A DNA stretch of 64,000 nt from a virus, in IMG/VR virus record IMGVR_UViG_3300025122_006404, positions 23,672 through 87,671 of that record; one strand, written 5' to 3'. A program made the translations under genes and the position numbers. Below are positions 1-9,717 of the stretch, piece by piece (position 1 is the first letter of the stretch; each line of letters begins with the position of its first letter). Below the pieces are notes generated by a model. The model was not told the origin of the DNA. It searched no databases and was given only the letters and a program-made list of their open reading frames with translations.

Positions 1-43
1 ATAAAATTTTAAAAATTGTTATAAAATAATTTAGGAGAGAACA

Positions 44-406
44 ATGAGTTCGGATAGTGATAATAGTAAGTGGATTCCTGAAATAATGTATGAGGAAACT
101 GCAGAGGGAGACTCTTCCACCATACCTTTTGTTATGGTGCCGGAAGGGAAGCTTATGCCTAATGTTCTGTTTATTTTCGAAAGTCGAGAAACTGGGGAAT
201 TTGAACCAGGCTCGGAAGGAGAAGAAGTTCCAGTTCTTGAATGGAACCTGCATCAATATGCAGATATGGAGGTCTTGAGAAAAAATTTAAACTGGATTGA
301 ATATGATAATGTTAGATTTGCCCTAGGGCTCGAGCCGATAGAAAAAGCAGCAGCGCTAGGAAAACAAATTAGCGAAACAATTAGAAATACGGTTGAAAAA
401 AAGTGA
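44..406 (+). CDS. Hypothetical protein
   Basis: 120 aa ORF with AGGAG RBS; no recognised motif. Confidence 0.7.
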   Translation: MSSDSDNSKWIPEIMYEETAEGDSSTIPFVMVPEGKLMPNVLFIFESRETGEFEPGSEGEEVPVLEWNLHQYADMEVLRKNLNWIEYDNVRFALGLEPIEKAAALGKQISETIRNTVEKK

Positions 407-1167
407 TAGATTATCTCGACCGAGAGATGATGAGAAATGCACTCATCAGAATGCAAATTTTTCATAAAGAAATGAACGATCTTCATAAAAAATTTGAAAT
501 AAGTTTCTTAGAAAATCTGGGGCGAAGAAACAATATTATGTCTCAATCTCAGGAAAACTTTATTGCTCACGAGATTGCTAAATCTTTTGAAGGTGTAGTT
601 TGTGATGGAAGAACTGGGAAAGCGGACATTAGAATTGAATCTTTAGACGCTGAGCTTGAATGTAAACTTACTACTAGAAACAGATCAGGTCAGATTAGTT
701 TACAGACTGATTATGAGACTTTGAAATCAAAAGGCAGCTTAGATTACATTTATGTCATAGCGTCGGATGATTTTAATTCCTTTGCAGCTCTCCATTTTAA
801 AGGTTTGACTTGCGATGACTTCCGAGTTCCCTCTCTGGGTGCTAGAGGGAAGTCACAAATGATTAAATCAAAGGCAATGCTAAAATGCAAGGCACTGATG
901 GGGGAAGTGATAAATAATAACGAAATTGAGCTGGACAAGCTTTCAGCAAGATATTCTCAAACTTTAAAGGAGTCTGACGTCCGTCTTGGGGAAATTGGTA
1001 ATCGACTCAAAGAATCAGCTAGGAAAAAAGAGTCTGCAATGTTACAGAGAATGATGACTCAAGAAAGTCAGAGATTTGATAAGAAAATAAAAAATATTTT
1101 AAAAAAAATTGATTACTGGAAAATTTCCACGACCAGGTTTAGCATTGATCTTGAAAAGATATCTTAA
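403..1167 (+). CDS. Putative PD-(D/E)XK nuclease with C-terminal coiled coil
   Basis: GKADIRI...ELECK resembles the D...ExK restriction-like nuclease active site. Confidence 0.45.
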   Translation: MIDYLDREMMRNALIRMQIFHKEMNDLHKKFEISFLENLGRRNNIMSQSQENFIAHEIAKSFEGVVCDGRTGKADIRIESLDAELECKLTTRNRSGQISLQTDYETLKSKGSLDYIYVIASDDFNSFAALHFKGLTCDDFRVPSLGARGKSQMIKSKAMLKCKALMGEVINNNEIELDKLSARYSQTLKESDVRLGEIGNRLKESARKKESAMLQRMMTQESQRFDKKIKNILKKIDYWKISTTRFSIDLEKIS

Positions 1168-1233
1168 AGCTATTAATATCAAAGCATTTTACTTCTTTGC
1201 CATATATTTAATAAGGAATAGGAGATCATACTA

Positions 1234-1905
1234 ATGAATTTTGATGCTAATCGGCTAGCTAAGCTTGCTGGACTTTCTACCGACCAATCAAAAAGAGTTT
1301 TATCTGAGGGCCAGCTTCAGGAACTTGGAAATCAGCGTAAAAGAGATGAGCAGGGTGACCAAGATGAAGGCGGTCATGATCTTGCAGAGTTAAAAGATAT
1401 TGAATGGCTCGGTGAAGAAGATGACGATGACTGGGGCAGCGATGAGGATGAGTATAAACGCCGCGACGGACATCGCACCGGTGATGTCGAAGGTCATTAC
1501 AAGGACTACGAGCTGGGAGAGAATGAGGACGAAGAGCTCTCTGGGACCACATCCAGCAAAGATGATCTGTCAAAAACTCACCGAGATGGAGAGGGTGAGT
1601 TAGCCGATCCCGAGTTAGATTATGATGAGGATGAACTCGTCGATGAGAATAGTGTGATCGAGATAGATGAGAACATGCTTAAAAGAGAAATTTTAAGAAT
1701 GAAAGCTAAAAGAAAGAAAAATCTTCAGGAAAATAATTTTAGAAAGATGATTCGAAGCGAAATCCAGCAAGTTATTAAGTCTCTATCAGAATCTGATTCA
1801 GACCTATACACTGATTCCTCCTGGCTGTATGGTGATAATAAGCCAACACTAAGCAAAAAGGGTCAGATAATTAGAGGAATTCCTGGAATTGGCTTTAAGA
1901 GGTAA
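1234..1905 (+). CDS. Acidic protein with RLAKLAGL and FRKMIRSEI motifs (candidate head-internal/scaffold-like protein)
   Basis: Very D/E-rich, many L-x-E sites, leader-like motif near the C-terminus, ATATTTA at 1204. Confidence 0.5.
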   Translation: MNFDANRLAKLAGLSTDQSKRVLSEGQLQELGNQRKRDEQGDQDEGGHDLAELKDIEWLGEEDDDDWGSDEDEYKRRDGHRTGDVEGHYKDYELGENEDEELSGTTSSKDDLSKTHRDGEGELADPELDYDEDELVDENSVIEIDENMLKREILRMKAKRKKNLQENNFRKMIRSEIQQVIKSLSESDSDLYTDSSWLYGDNKPTLSKKGQIIRGIPGIGFKR

Positions 1906-1928
1906 TCTTCTAAATATTCAACAGAGAT

Positions 1929-2111
1929 ATGAAACTTCACCAAACTGTTATTGAAAAGTTAGTGACCGTTTTCGAAAAATACGGCGGTCATAGAGAAGAG
2001 ATAAAATTAAAAGAAGCTTTGAATGAATTAAGCTTTACTGTATATGCACAGCAATCTACAGGAAATGATATTTTAGTTCTTACCGAAGACATGGAAAAAC
2101 ATAGAACATAG
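1929..2111 (+). CDS. Hypothetical protein
   Basis: 60 aa ORF in + strand run. Confidence 0.55.
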   Translation: MKLHQTVIEKLVTVFEKYGGHREEIKLKEALNELSFTVYAQQSTGNDILVLTEDMEKHRT

Positions 2112-2134
2112 AGAAATATTTTTATTTGAATCTT

Positions 2135-2164
2135 AGAAGTCATTAACTTGACTTCTTTTTTTTT
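2135..2164 (+). terminator. Rho-independent terminator
   Basis: AGAAGTCA-ttaact-TGACTTCT hairpin followed by T-run. Confidence 0.75.
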
Positions 2165-2201
2165 GTAAAAATAGGAGTGTTATCTTTATGATGTTAAAGA
2201 G

Positions 2202-2621
2202 ATGAGATACAGTGTCGGTCAGGTAATATATCTTTTATTAAATAGTGAAAGAAAGGTAGTGCCTGCTCAAATTATTGAACAAATTGTACGTAAGACTCTA
2301 GAGGGAGAGAGTATTTCCTATCTAGTAGAATTCCCAGACAATAAAAGATCGAAAGCTCACTTAGAAAAACTAGACGCACAAATTTTTACATCTTCCGATG
2401 AAATTAAAAATAAAATGATTAAAAATGCTAAAGAAATGATTGAGTCAATCATCGGAGAAGCAGAAGCTACAGCGAATCAAAGTTTTGATGTTTTATCTTC
2501 AGAGGTCCCCGTTGAAGACGAACCACCCCCTGCAGTGGAAAATATTGATTCTCATTCGCCTATAAAGGTCGACCTCGGCGATGGTTTTACTGGAAATTTT
2601 AACTTTACAGAAAGTTCTTAA
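2202..2621 (+). CDS. Hypothetical protein with N-terminal KOW/SH3-like start
   Basis: MRYSVGQVIY resembles the xGDLV family. Confidence 0.6.
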   Translation: MRYSVGQVIYLLLNSERKVVPAQIIEQIVRKTLEGESISYLVEFPDNKRSKAHLEKLDAQIFTSSDEIKNKMIKNAKEMIESIIGEAEATANQSFDVLSSEVPVEDEPPPAVENIDSHSPIKVDLGDGFTGNFNFTESS

Positions 2622-2632
2622 CAGGAGAAAGA

Positions 2633-2818
2633 ATGGAAAAAACTTTAACAGAGAATGAATTAAAAAAGCTTAGAGAAGCTCACATATTAGAGAAGGATGA
2701 AATTGCATTTCAATCTGGGGATCTCTTCGTGGCCGAAAATGTTTGTACCCGAAAGCGAAGGATAATAGAGGTGAATAAGATTCTGGGTGAATCAGGAAGA
2801 AAAATCTTAAAGGGATAA
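2633..2818 (+). CDS. Hypothetical protein immediately upstream of groEL
   Basis: 61 aa, AGGAG RBS; not recognisably GroES. Confidence 0.6.
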   Translation: MEKTLTENELKKLREAHILEKDEIAFQSGDLFVAENVCTRKRRIIEVNKILGESGRKILKG

Positions 2819-2819
2819 A

Positions 2820-4493
2820 ATGAATAGCACTTATAAATTAATTGAATTTGATTCTGTAGCTAGAGAGCTCCTTCTTGAAGGAGTTAATATTCTCTCAAAT
2901 GCGGTAAAAGTTACAATGGGTCCCCGGGGAAGGAACGTGATCATTGAGAACCCTGGAGACTATCCTGTTTTAACAAAAGACGGGGTAACTGTTGCCCGAG
3001 CCATCAATTTAAGAAATCAATTTTTAAATCTAGGTGCACAGATGGTGAAGCAAGCTGCTTCCCGTACTTCTGATGTGGCTGGGGACGGCACCACCACAGC
3101 CACAGTTCTATCTCAAGCAATATTTTTAGAAGGGGTCAAGATGATAGCTGCCGGATATCCGGCAGCTGACATTAGAAAAGGAATAAATTTTGCAACGGAG
3201 AAAGCAATTAAAAATCTTAAATTACTTGCCATTCCCGTAACAGAAGATGAAGAGGTGAAACAGGTGGGAACTATCTCTGCTAATGGTGAAGAAGAGATAG
3301 GAGAGTTACTTTTAGAAGCTTTGAATGCAGTGGGACGAGACGGTGTGATAACAGTAGAAGAAGCAAAAGGGTTTAATACTTCATTAGACATAATCGAAGG
3401 TATGCAGCTTGAAAGAGGGTATCTTTCGCCTTATTTTGTTACAAATCAAGAAAGGATGACATGTGACCTTGAAAAGCCTCTAATCTTGATGTGCAGCAAA
3501 AAGCTTGATAATTTAAAGGAAGTCATGCCCATTCTTGAAAAAGTTTTAAATACACAAAGAAGCCTGCTTATTATTTCTGATGATGTCGATGGTGATGCAA
3601 TGCAAGGGCTGGTTGTAAATAAAATGAGAGGCGCTCTTAGAGTTTGTGCAATTAGGTCGCCAGGCTTTGGAGAGAATCGAATTAATATGATGAAAGACGT
3701 TGCAGTCCTGACAGGATGTAAAAAAATAATCTCAGACGCCTCAGGAGAGACACTTAGTGATATCGGGATCGAAGATCTAGGTACATGCAAGAAAGCTATT
3801 ATAGGAAAGATGGGAACCTTGATCATGGGAGGCGCGGGATCGTCAGAAAACATAGCGAATAGAATTAAGGAAATTAAAGAACAATTAGAGAATGATCTTC
3901 TTGAAGAAGATGAGTCGGGTTATTTAAAGATGAGACTCGCTAAGCTGGCCGGAGGGGTGGCAGTTTTACGTGTGGGAGGATCCACGGAGGCTGAAATGGG
4001 AGAAAGAAAGGACCGGGTGGAAGATGCTCTTAATGCAACACAGGCAGCCATTGAGGAAGGAATTGTTCCTGGAGGTGGAGTGGCTTTAGTAAGAAGTGTT
4101 AAAGACTTAAAACCTCCCAAGGATCACAAGGATGACGGATTCGGTGCCGGAGTGGATATTATAAAAAAAGCCTGCCTTTCTCCGTTGAGACAGATCGTAA
4201 GAAATTCAGGGGGCACCCCTGATGTTGTGCTTGAAAAAATTCGAAACGGAGGAGAGGAATACGGATACAATGCTCAGGAGGATTGCTACGGAGACATGTT
4301 TAAGATGGGAATAATAGATCCTCTCAAAGTGGTACGGAGCGCCCTAGAAAATGCTGCATCTTCTGCGTCAATGTTACTGACCATAGGATGTGCCATGATC
4401 GAAGAAAGAGAGTCCGAATCTTTAGACAGTGGACTTTTTAACAAAAGTCGTGGACGAAAAGAATATTTAAATATAGATGATCCCTACTCCTGA
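2820..4493 (+). CDS. groEL: Chaperonin GroEL
   Basis: VTMGPRGRNV, TKDGVTVA, AGDGTTTATVL, EEGIVPGGG, GIIDPLKVVRSALENA; no GGM tail. Confidence 0.97.
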   Translation: MNSTYKLIEFDSVARELLLEGVNILSNAVKVTMGPRGRNVIIENPGDYPVLTKDGVTVARAINLRNQFLNLGAQMVKQAASRTSDVAGDGTTTATVLSQAIFLEGVKMIAAGYPAADIRKGINFATEKAIKNLKLLAIPVTEDEEVKQVGTISANGEEEIGELLLEALNAVGRDGVITVEEAKGFNTSLDIIEGMQLERGYLSPYFVTNQERMTCDLEKPLILMCSKKLDNLKEVMPILEKVLNTQRSLLIISDDVDGDAMQGLVVNKMRGALRVCAIRSPGFGENRINMMKDVAVLTGCKKIISDASGETLSDIGIEDLGTCKKAIIGKMGTLIMGGAGSSENIANRIKEIKEQLENDLLEEDESGYLKMRLAKLAGGVAVLRVGGSTEAEMGERKDRVEDALNATQAAIEEGIVPGGGVALVRSVKDLKPPKDHKDDGFGAGVDIIKKACLSPLRQIVRNSGGTPDVVLEKIRNGGEEYGYNAQEDCYGDMFKMGIIDPLKVVRSALENAASSASMLLTIGCAMIEERESESLDSGLFNKSRGRKEYLNIDDPYS

Positions 4494-4878
4494 AAAAAAC
4501 TTTAGAAGCTCTATTCAATCTATTCTTGAACAATCGGAACCTGAGTCTGAGTTTAGACTAGACAGAGAGCTAGTAAATGTTACATGTCAGCTGAATCTTG
4601 ATGATCGTGTACATGTTCCCGACTTGCTGACACGAATAAGGGTTCTACCCACAGTCTCTGTTGTAGGACAAACAGAGAAAGTGATAAGGTCTTCAGCTGC
4701 TGGCGGCAAAGCGAGCCTTGATATTTATATTAAATTTTTACCTGCTCCCGGAAATACCCTTAAGAATCTTCGTGCAATGGCACGATTGGTGAAGTCATTG
4801 CCGGGAGTTAATATTGTAAAAATCATAGCTGTCGGGGGAAAAAGGGTGATGTATCAAGGGAAGCCCTTAGTAATTTAA
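4477..4878 (+). CDS. Hypothetical protein (possible ACT/ferredoxin-like fold)
   Basis: LLTRIRVLPTV and LVKSLPGV helix-turn-strand pattern; ATATTTA at 4463. Confidence 0.55.
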   Translation: MIPTPEKNFRSSIQSILEQSEPESEFRLDRELVNVTCQLNLDDRVHVPDLLTRIRVLPTVSVVGQTEKVIRSSAAGGKASLDIYIKFLPAPGNTLKNLRAMARLVKSLPGVNIVKIIAVGGKRVMYQGKPLVI

Positions 4879-5160
4879 ATGTCACATGAGCTAAACGCTT
4901 TCATTAGAGAGTGCCTTATAGAGTCAAAAAAAATTAAAAGACCTCATAAAAAAACTGCACGAATTATTTGTGCATTTCCCGGTAATCTTAGACACATCCT
5001 CAATTGGCTCCAGCTTAACAAGGCTTGCAAATCAATTGGTGAAATTAAAAAGGCAGGCAATATTTATTATGTCACAGTTAGAGTTTCATCCACTTCCGGT
5101 AGACAGAAAGTTAAAGATCTCGTAAAGAGCAGATTTGGTAATATCGGGAGGGTTGAATAA
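4879..5160 (+). CDS. Hypothetical protein with leader-like N-terminus
   Basis: ELNAFIRECLIE resembles the L(R)EYIRExLxE leader variant. Confidence 0.55.
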   Translation: MSHELNAFIRECLIESKKIKRPHKKTARIICAFPGNLRHILNWLQLNKACKSIGEIKKAGNIYYVTVRVSSTSGRQKVKDLVKSRFGNIGRVE

Positions 5161-5495
5161 TGCCAAACGGAACAACAGAAGACTGGGTAGGAAAGCTGCA
5201 AGATGCGCTAACAGAGCTAAAGATATCTTCAGTAAACGTTGAGGCCAAGTTAGATCAAATTCAAATTGCATTTCAGAAAATTGAAAGCAACATGGAGGAT
5301 ATGCAGTCGGCTTCTTCTGATCAGGAAACTCGATTGCAGCTTTTAGAAGCTCACTGTGGGAGAATTCCAGATCGATTAAATGAGGATCTTGCTCTACTTA
5401 AGGCACAGGTTTCAACATATCAAAAATTTTTATGGGTAGTGACAATAGGGCTTACTGGTGTGATAATAAACATATTTTTTAGACATCTTATATAA
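5160..5495 (+). CDS. Coiled-coil protein with C-terminal TM helix (XhlA/holin-like architecture)
   Basis: Heptad-rich body, FLWVVTIGLTGVIINIFF tail. Confidence 0.5.
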   Translation: MPNGTTEDWVGKLQDALTELKISSVNVEAKLDQIQIAFQKIESNMEDMQSASSDQETRLQLLEAHCGRIPDRLNEDLALLKAQVSTYQKFLWVVTIGLTGVIINIFFRHLI

Positions 5496-5501
5496 AATTT
5501 C

Positions 5502-5530
5502 ATGTAAATACCTTTTAGATGTGGTATAAT
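5502..5530 (+). promoter_or_regulatory. Sigma70-like promoter
   Basis: ATGTAA-N17-TATAAT with TG extension. Confidence 0.7.
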
Positions 5531-5552
5531 AGATACAATCTAGAGAAATACT

Positions 5553-5744
5553 TTGTTTTCTAATGATGATGTCGTCAGAATGCCCACCGAAGGTTTAATA
5601 GAGTATTCTCGGTATCTATTAAAAAAAATTGAAAAACTTAAAAAGAAAAATTCAAATACAAAACAAGCTGAAATTGAGTTTTGCTATATTCACAGACGGA
5701 TCGAAAAAAGATTGAAAAAGGTCAACGATCCCCTTTCCCATTAG
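5553..5744 (+). CDS. Hypothetical protein
   Basis: 63 aa ORF downstream of promoter. Confidence 0.5.
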   Translation: MFSNDDVVRMPTEGLIEYSRYLLKKIEKLKKKNSNTKQAEIEFCYIHRRIEKRLKKVNDPLSH

Positions 5745-5780
5745 ACAATAGTGTCTATATTTTCATGTTAGGAAAATTTT

Positions 5781-6551
5781 ATGTCAACAACAATTGATTC
5801 TTACTTTAAAGATGTTTCTAGAACTCGTCTTCTCACTAGGGAGGAAGAGGTTCTACTTTCTCAACGGATAGAAAAAGGGGACAAAAGTGCCCGGGACATA
5901 ATGATAGAATCTAATCTTAGGCTGGCAATCAGCATTGCTAAGAAATACTCTCGTGGTGGTGGAAATCTACCCGATCTAATTCAGGAATCTAACATTGGAT
6001 TAATGAAGGCGGTAGATAGATATGACTGGAGAAGAGGATTTAAATTTAGCACCTATGCCAGCTGGTGGATTAGACAGTCCGTTACTAGGCACTTGTGTAC
6101 ACACGGGAGCACTGTGCGAATCCCTTCACACACCTCGGGTTTAATTTATAAAATTTCTCGAGTTACCCGAGAATATTCTCAGGAATTTGGACAAAATCCT
6201 ACATCTTCTGAACTGGCCGATTTGCTCAATGTCTCTGAATCATTGATAAAAGTGAGCCTTGAGTCCATGACCTTAAGAAATATGCTATCGATTGACGCAT
6301 CGATCAATAATGATAGTGATAATCGCAGGTTTGCCGAAGTTCTTGCTGATCCCAATTCAATTGATCCCAATAAGATTATGGATCGACAAAAAATTATGGA
6401 TGCAATTTGTGAGTGTCTTGGGCAGCTTTCAGAAAGAGAAGAGAAAATTTTAAGACTTCGGTTTGGAATCGTCCAGGACCTTCTTACATTAGATGATTTA
6501 GAAATTTCTGAATCAGAAACTAACAAAATTAAACTACAGGAGAGAAAGTAG
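5781..6551 (+). CDS. RpoD/RpoS-family sigma70 factor lacking the region 4.2 HTH
   Basis: LLTREEE (1.2), SNLRL, DLIQE, GLMKAVDRYD, GFKFSTYASWWIRQ (2.3-2.4), VRIP, LSEREEKILRLRFG (4.1), then no TLEEIG/RERVRQ. Confidence 0.9.
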   Translation: MSTTIDSYFKDVSRTRLLTREEEVLLSQRIEKGDKSARDIMIESNLRLAISIAKKYSRGGGNLPDLIQESNIGLMKAVDRYDWRRGFKFSTYASWWIRQSVTRHLCTHGSTVRIPSHTSGLIYKISRVTREYSQEFGQNPTSSELADLLNVSESLIKVSLESMTLRNMLSIDASINNDSDNRRFAEVLADPNSIDPNKIMDRQKIMDAICECLGQLSEREEKILRLRFGIVQDLLTLDDLEISESETNKIKLQERK

Positions 6552-6552
6552 A

Positions 6553-6846
6553 ATGGCAATGCCTAAAGGATATAAAATTGCAGGGGGATACGCGACCGTT
6601 GGAAGTGACATTGGAGGAATGGGGTATAGAGAGATTTCTGAAAAAATGACTGAGAATGGATTTAAAATGAATCACTCTACTGCTAGAAATATATTTTTGT
6701 CTGCTATGAGAAAGTTTGCAGCTGAAGTTTGTAAAATTTATAGTATCTCCCCGACTCGGGAAAATCTTGATATGATTTCAGCTGATCCTAGATTTCAATC
6801 TGGAATATTTGAAATAATGAGCCTGAATGATAAGACTGGTGATTAA
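6553..6846 (+). CDS. Stand-alone sigma region 4.2-like HTH protein
   Basis: GMGYREISEKM...HSTARNIFLSAMRKF matches the sigma4 HTH pattern; starts 1 nt after the sigma stop. Confidence 0.55.
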   Translation: MAMPKGYKIAGGYATVGSDIGGMGYREISEKMTENGFKMNHSTARNIFLSAMRKFAAEVCKIYSISPTRENLDMISADPRFQSGIFEIMSLNDKTGD

Positions 6847-6935
6847 AAAGGCTGGAGTGAAGATCCTGATAGGGAGTGGTGGAGAAGAGTCTATATTGCA
6901 GTTATTCAAAAACCACTCATTGATCTGGACAGCTG

Positions 6936-7226
6936 ATGAACGATTTTTTTAAAAAACTTTCTTTCACACGTCGTTATACAGAGATTCTGGAAGCTTGTGA
7001 GTGGGACGAGGAAAGGGTTAAAGCTCTGTTTTTAACCACAGTGTCTTTAGTTGAAAAACTTAAAAAGGAAGATCAGCTTGTTTCTTCTTACTCAGATTTT
7101 GAAAAACTTTTGAAGAGTAAACTAGAGGGAAACGATCGAAATGGAGAAATAAATATATTATTGGAGATATTAAAAGACGATCTTCAAAATTTAGATTTAT
7201 TTGGAGAATACAAAGATGACAATTAG
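6936..7226 (+). CDS. Hypothetical protein
   Basis: 96 aa ORF in run. Confidence 0.55.
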   Translation: MNDFFKKLSFTRRYTEILEACEWDEERVKALFLTTVSLVEKLKKEDQLVSSYSDFEKLLKSKLEGNDRNGEINILLEILKDDLQNLDLFGEYKDDN

Positions 7227-7539
7227 CTGGGATTTTTTTACAGGAAGAAGAAGGATTGACGTTAAAAAGTGGGTGACAGAAAATAATGTTACAAGCTATG
7301 AGAAGCTCGTTAGATCTTTAAAGAAGATAGATGTGGTTCCTCCGCCACCCGGACACTCAGATATTTCGAATATGGGCTTTACAGAAACTCTCCGAGACCC
7401 TTCAGAAGAAGGGAAGAGTGGTAAGCCAGGGTTGAAAAGACCCACTCAGAAAAAATCTTCTAAAAACTCTCCAAAGAGAAAAAGCACCACGAGATCGACG
7501 CCAAGTAGAGCAAGAAAAAAATCAGGGAAAAAGAAGTGA
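7216..7539 (+). CDS. Hypothetical protein with basic histone-like tail
   Basis: GGAG RBS before ATG 7216; K/R/S/T-rich C-terminus. Confidence 0.6.
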   Translation: MTISWDFFTGRRRIDVKKWVTENNVTSYEKLVRSLKKIDVVPPPPGHSDISNMGFTETLRDPSEEGKSGKPGLKRPTQKKSSKNSPKRKSTTRSTPSRARKKSGKKK

Positions 7540-7745
7540 TATCTAATATGAGTAGATTAAGATTGGGATCTGGAGATGTTGTAGTGAACAACAGGCTAGA
7601 TTCAAGAAATATAGGGGTTCTTATTGAAAAATGCGATCTCCATGAGGATTACTGGAAGGTTCTCTGTGAGGGAGATATTGTCGTGTGGTTCAATCCTAAT
7701 CTTCAGCGAATCCAGGATAAGGCTAGTGAATCCCAAAGAGCCTAA
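7536..7745 (+). CDS. Small xGDLV-family protein
   Basis: GSGDVVV...IGVLIE...WKVL. Confidence 0.55.
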   Translation: MISNMSRLRLGSGDVVVNNRLDSRNIGVLIEKCDLHEDYWKVLCEGDIVVWFNPNLQRIQDKASESQRA

Positions 7746-7977
7746 GCAATTAACTAACACTTCTTGGTATGATGAATCTGAGCAAACTGTAGTTTTTGCT
7801 GTGGATCGGGTTACAGTTGCACTAGATGTTGAAGAGTTTTTGGACTTTTATAATATGATCCAGGATACTAAAGAAGCTCTAGTCCTTGAGGCATCTTTAG
7901 AAATCGGAGCAGTTCAAGAGGACGATGAGACTCGGTATCAATTTATTCCTACTCCCGATATTGACGACTATAACTAG
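7624..7977 (+). CDS. Hypothetical acidic protein (true start probably downstream)
   Basis: Fills gap before def; N-terminal part overlaps previous gene. Confidence 0.5.
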   Translation: MKNAISMRITGRFSVREILSCGSILIFSESRIRLVNPKEPKQLTNTSWYDESEQTVVFAVDRVTVALDVEEFLDFYNMIQDTKEALVLEASLEIGAVQEDDETRYQFIPTPDIDDYN

Positions 7978-7985
7978 AAAGATAA

Positions 7986-8510
7986 ATGACTATTAGAAAA
8001 ATACTTTTATGGCCTGACGCGGGTCTATGTAGATCATCAGCAAAAGTTTCTTCATTAGAAAAAGATGATAAAGTTTTAATTGATGATATGATAGAAACAA
8101 TGCAAAGCCTGGGAGCTCTGGGAATCTCTGCTCCTCAATTTGGTATTTCAAAAAAAATATCTGTCATTGATCTTCCCAAGATTGATAAACGATTTGATGA
8201 TGTTTTAGTTCTTATCAATCCATCTCTTCGAGATGGATTTGGAGAGAGAGTTTTTGAAGAAGGCTGCCTCTCGGTTCCCACTGTATGTGTTCCCACTTTA
8301 AGAGCGGAGATTGCTGTAATTGAATATGAGGATGTCGAGGGAGAAAAGCACGAATTAAACGCTACAGGTTTGCTCGCAGCAGTTGTTCAACACGAAATCG
8401 ATCATCTACAGGGAGATGTTATTGTGGAAAAGCTTAGCAAGGATGATCGAAAGAAGATTATGAATCGAATGGAAAGTTTTAAAAAAGATGAAAGCTTTGT
8501 TAGTACATGA
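7986..8510 (+). CDS. def: Peptide deformylase
   Basis: GALGISAPQ, EGCLS, QHEIDHLQG motifs. Confidence 0.95.
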   Translation: MTIRKILLWPDAGLCRSSAKVSSLEKDDKVLIDDMIETMQSLGALGISAPQFGISKKISVIDLPKIDKRFDDVLVLINPSLRDGFGERVFEEGCLSVPTVCVPTLRAEIAVIEYEDVEGEKHELNATGLLAAVVQHEIDHLQGDVIVEKLSKDDRKKIMNRMESFKKDESFVST

Positions 8511-9717
8511 GATCCTAGAGGAGATTCGCTTAGCTCGAGGTCCAAAGTTAAAATCTAAGATTCTCTTGGAGCATAAAGAGAATGAAATTCTGCGGAGAAT
8601 CTTAAGATATGCCGGAGATCCTTATTTGACTTTTAATATTGTAAAGGTACCCTCTATTAAAAAGAGATATCCTGCTCAAGATGAGAATCTCCGATGGAAC
8701 TCCTTTTTTGAAATGGCTGATCTGTGCCAGAAAAGAGAGTATACAGGAAACTATGCAATTGAAATGATACAAGGCTCGTTTTGTGTTGCTGTTGAGGAGG
8801 AAGAAAAATGGATGAGAAAGATTCTTAAAAAGCATCTTAACATTGGAGCTTCAACAAAAACTATCAATAAGGTTTTTCCGGGATTAATTCCGACTTTTGA
8901 CGTCTCGCTGGCACAGAAATTTGAGGAGAAAAGAGTTGTTGAAAAGAGAGTTGCAGTTGAACCTAAGCTTGATGGAATCCGATGTTTTACGGTTGTTGAA
9001 AATGGTAATGCTTTAATGTATGCTCGTTCTGGAAAGCTTATTACAAACTTTGATAACACGATCGGAGAAGAGATATCTAAATTAGGCGACGGCTGCTATG
9101 ATGGAGAGATCATGGGAAAAGATTTTATAGAGCTGATGCGCCAAGCATATCGCAAAGAGGATGTAAATACTGACGGGACGTATCTTGCTTTGTTTGACTA
9201 TCTTCCCATCCGAGAGTGGAAAGAGAGGCAAGCAAAGTTAAGCTGTGAACAGCGCTATAGCATTCTTGTCAAAAGGGTTCCTAAAATATCAAAGCATCTA
9301 CGAGTAGTTCAACGATTATCTACAGCATCTAGCTATCAAGAGATTAAAAAGCTACATGATAAATTTGTCTTAGAAGGGTATGAGGGTGTTATGATCAAAG
9401 ATCTTGACTCTCCGTATATATTTGGACGAGGATATGAAGTTATGAAGCTTAAGGCATTTTTTGATTCTGATTGCGAAGTAGTGAGAATTGAAGAAGGAAC
9501 GGGAAAGTATGGAGGGATGTGTGGCAGCATCGTGGTTGATTTTAACAGCGTCCAGGTAGGAATAGGCAGCGGGCTGTCTGATGAACAACGTAAAGCAATC
9601 TGGGATCACCCAGAGGCCTATATTGGGCGTACCGTGGAAGTGAGATATCAGGAGATCACCCCAGACGGGAGCTTAAGATTTCCAACGTTCGTATGCTGGA
9701 GAAATGATAAAGATTAG
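8488..9717 (+). CDS. lig: ATP-dependent DNA ligase
   Basis: EPKLDGIR (motif I), YDGEI, EGVMIK, KLK, SLRFP. Confidence 0.95.
   Translation: MKALLVHEILEEIRLARGPKLKSKILLEHKENEILRRILRYAGDPYLTFNIVKVPSIKKRYPAQDENLRWNSFFEMADLCQKREYTGNYAIEMIQGSFCVAVEEEEKWMRKILKKHLNIGASTKTINKVFPGLIPTFDVSLAQKFEEKRVVEKRVAVEPKLDGIRCFTVVENGNALMYARSGKLITNFDNTIGEEISKLGDGCYDGEIMGKDFIELMRQAYRKEDVNTDGTYLALFDYLPIREWKERQAKLSCEQRYSILVKRVPKISKHLRVVQRLSTASSYQEIKKLHDKFVLEGYEGVMIKDLDSPYIFGRGYEVMKLKAFFDSDCEVVRIEEGTGKYGGMCGSIVVDFNSVQVGIGSGLSDEQRKAIWDHPEAYIGRTVEVRYQEITPDGSLRFPTFVCWRNDKD

Noticed and set aside
2633-2818. GroES
   Set aside because: Too short and lacks the PLxDRV and mobile-loop GGI motifs
3113-4120. Minus-strand ORFs inside groEL and similar shadow ORFs across the ORF track
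   Set aside because: Antisense to or nested in well-supported genes, with no motifs or RBS
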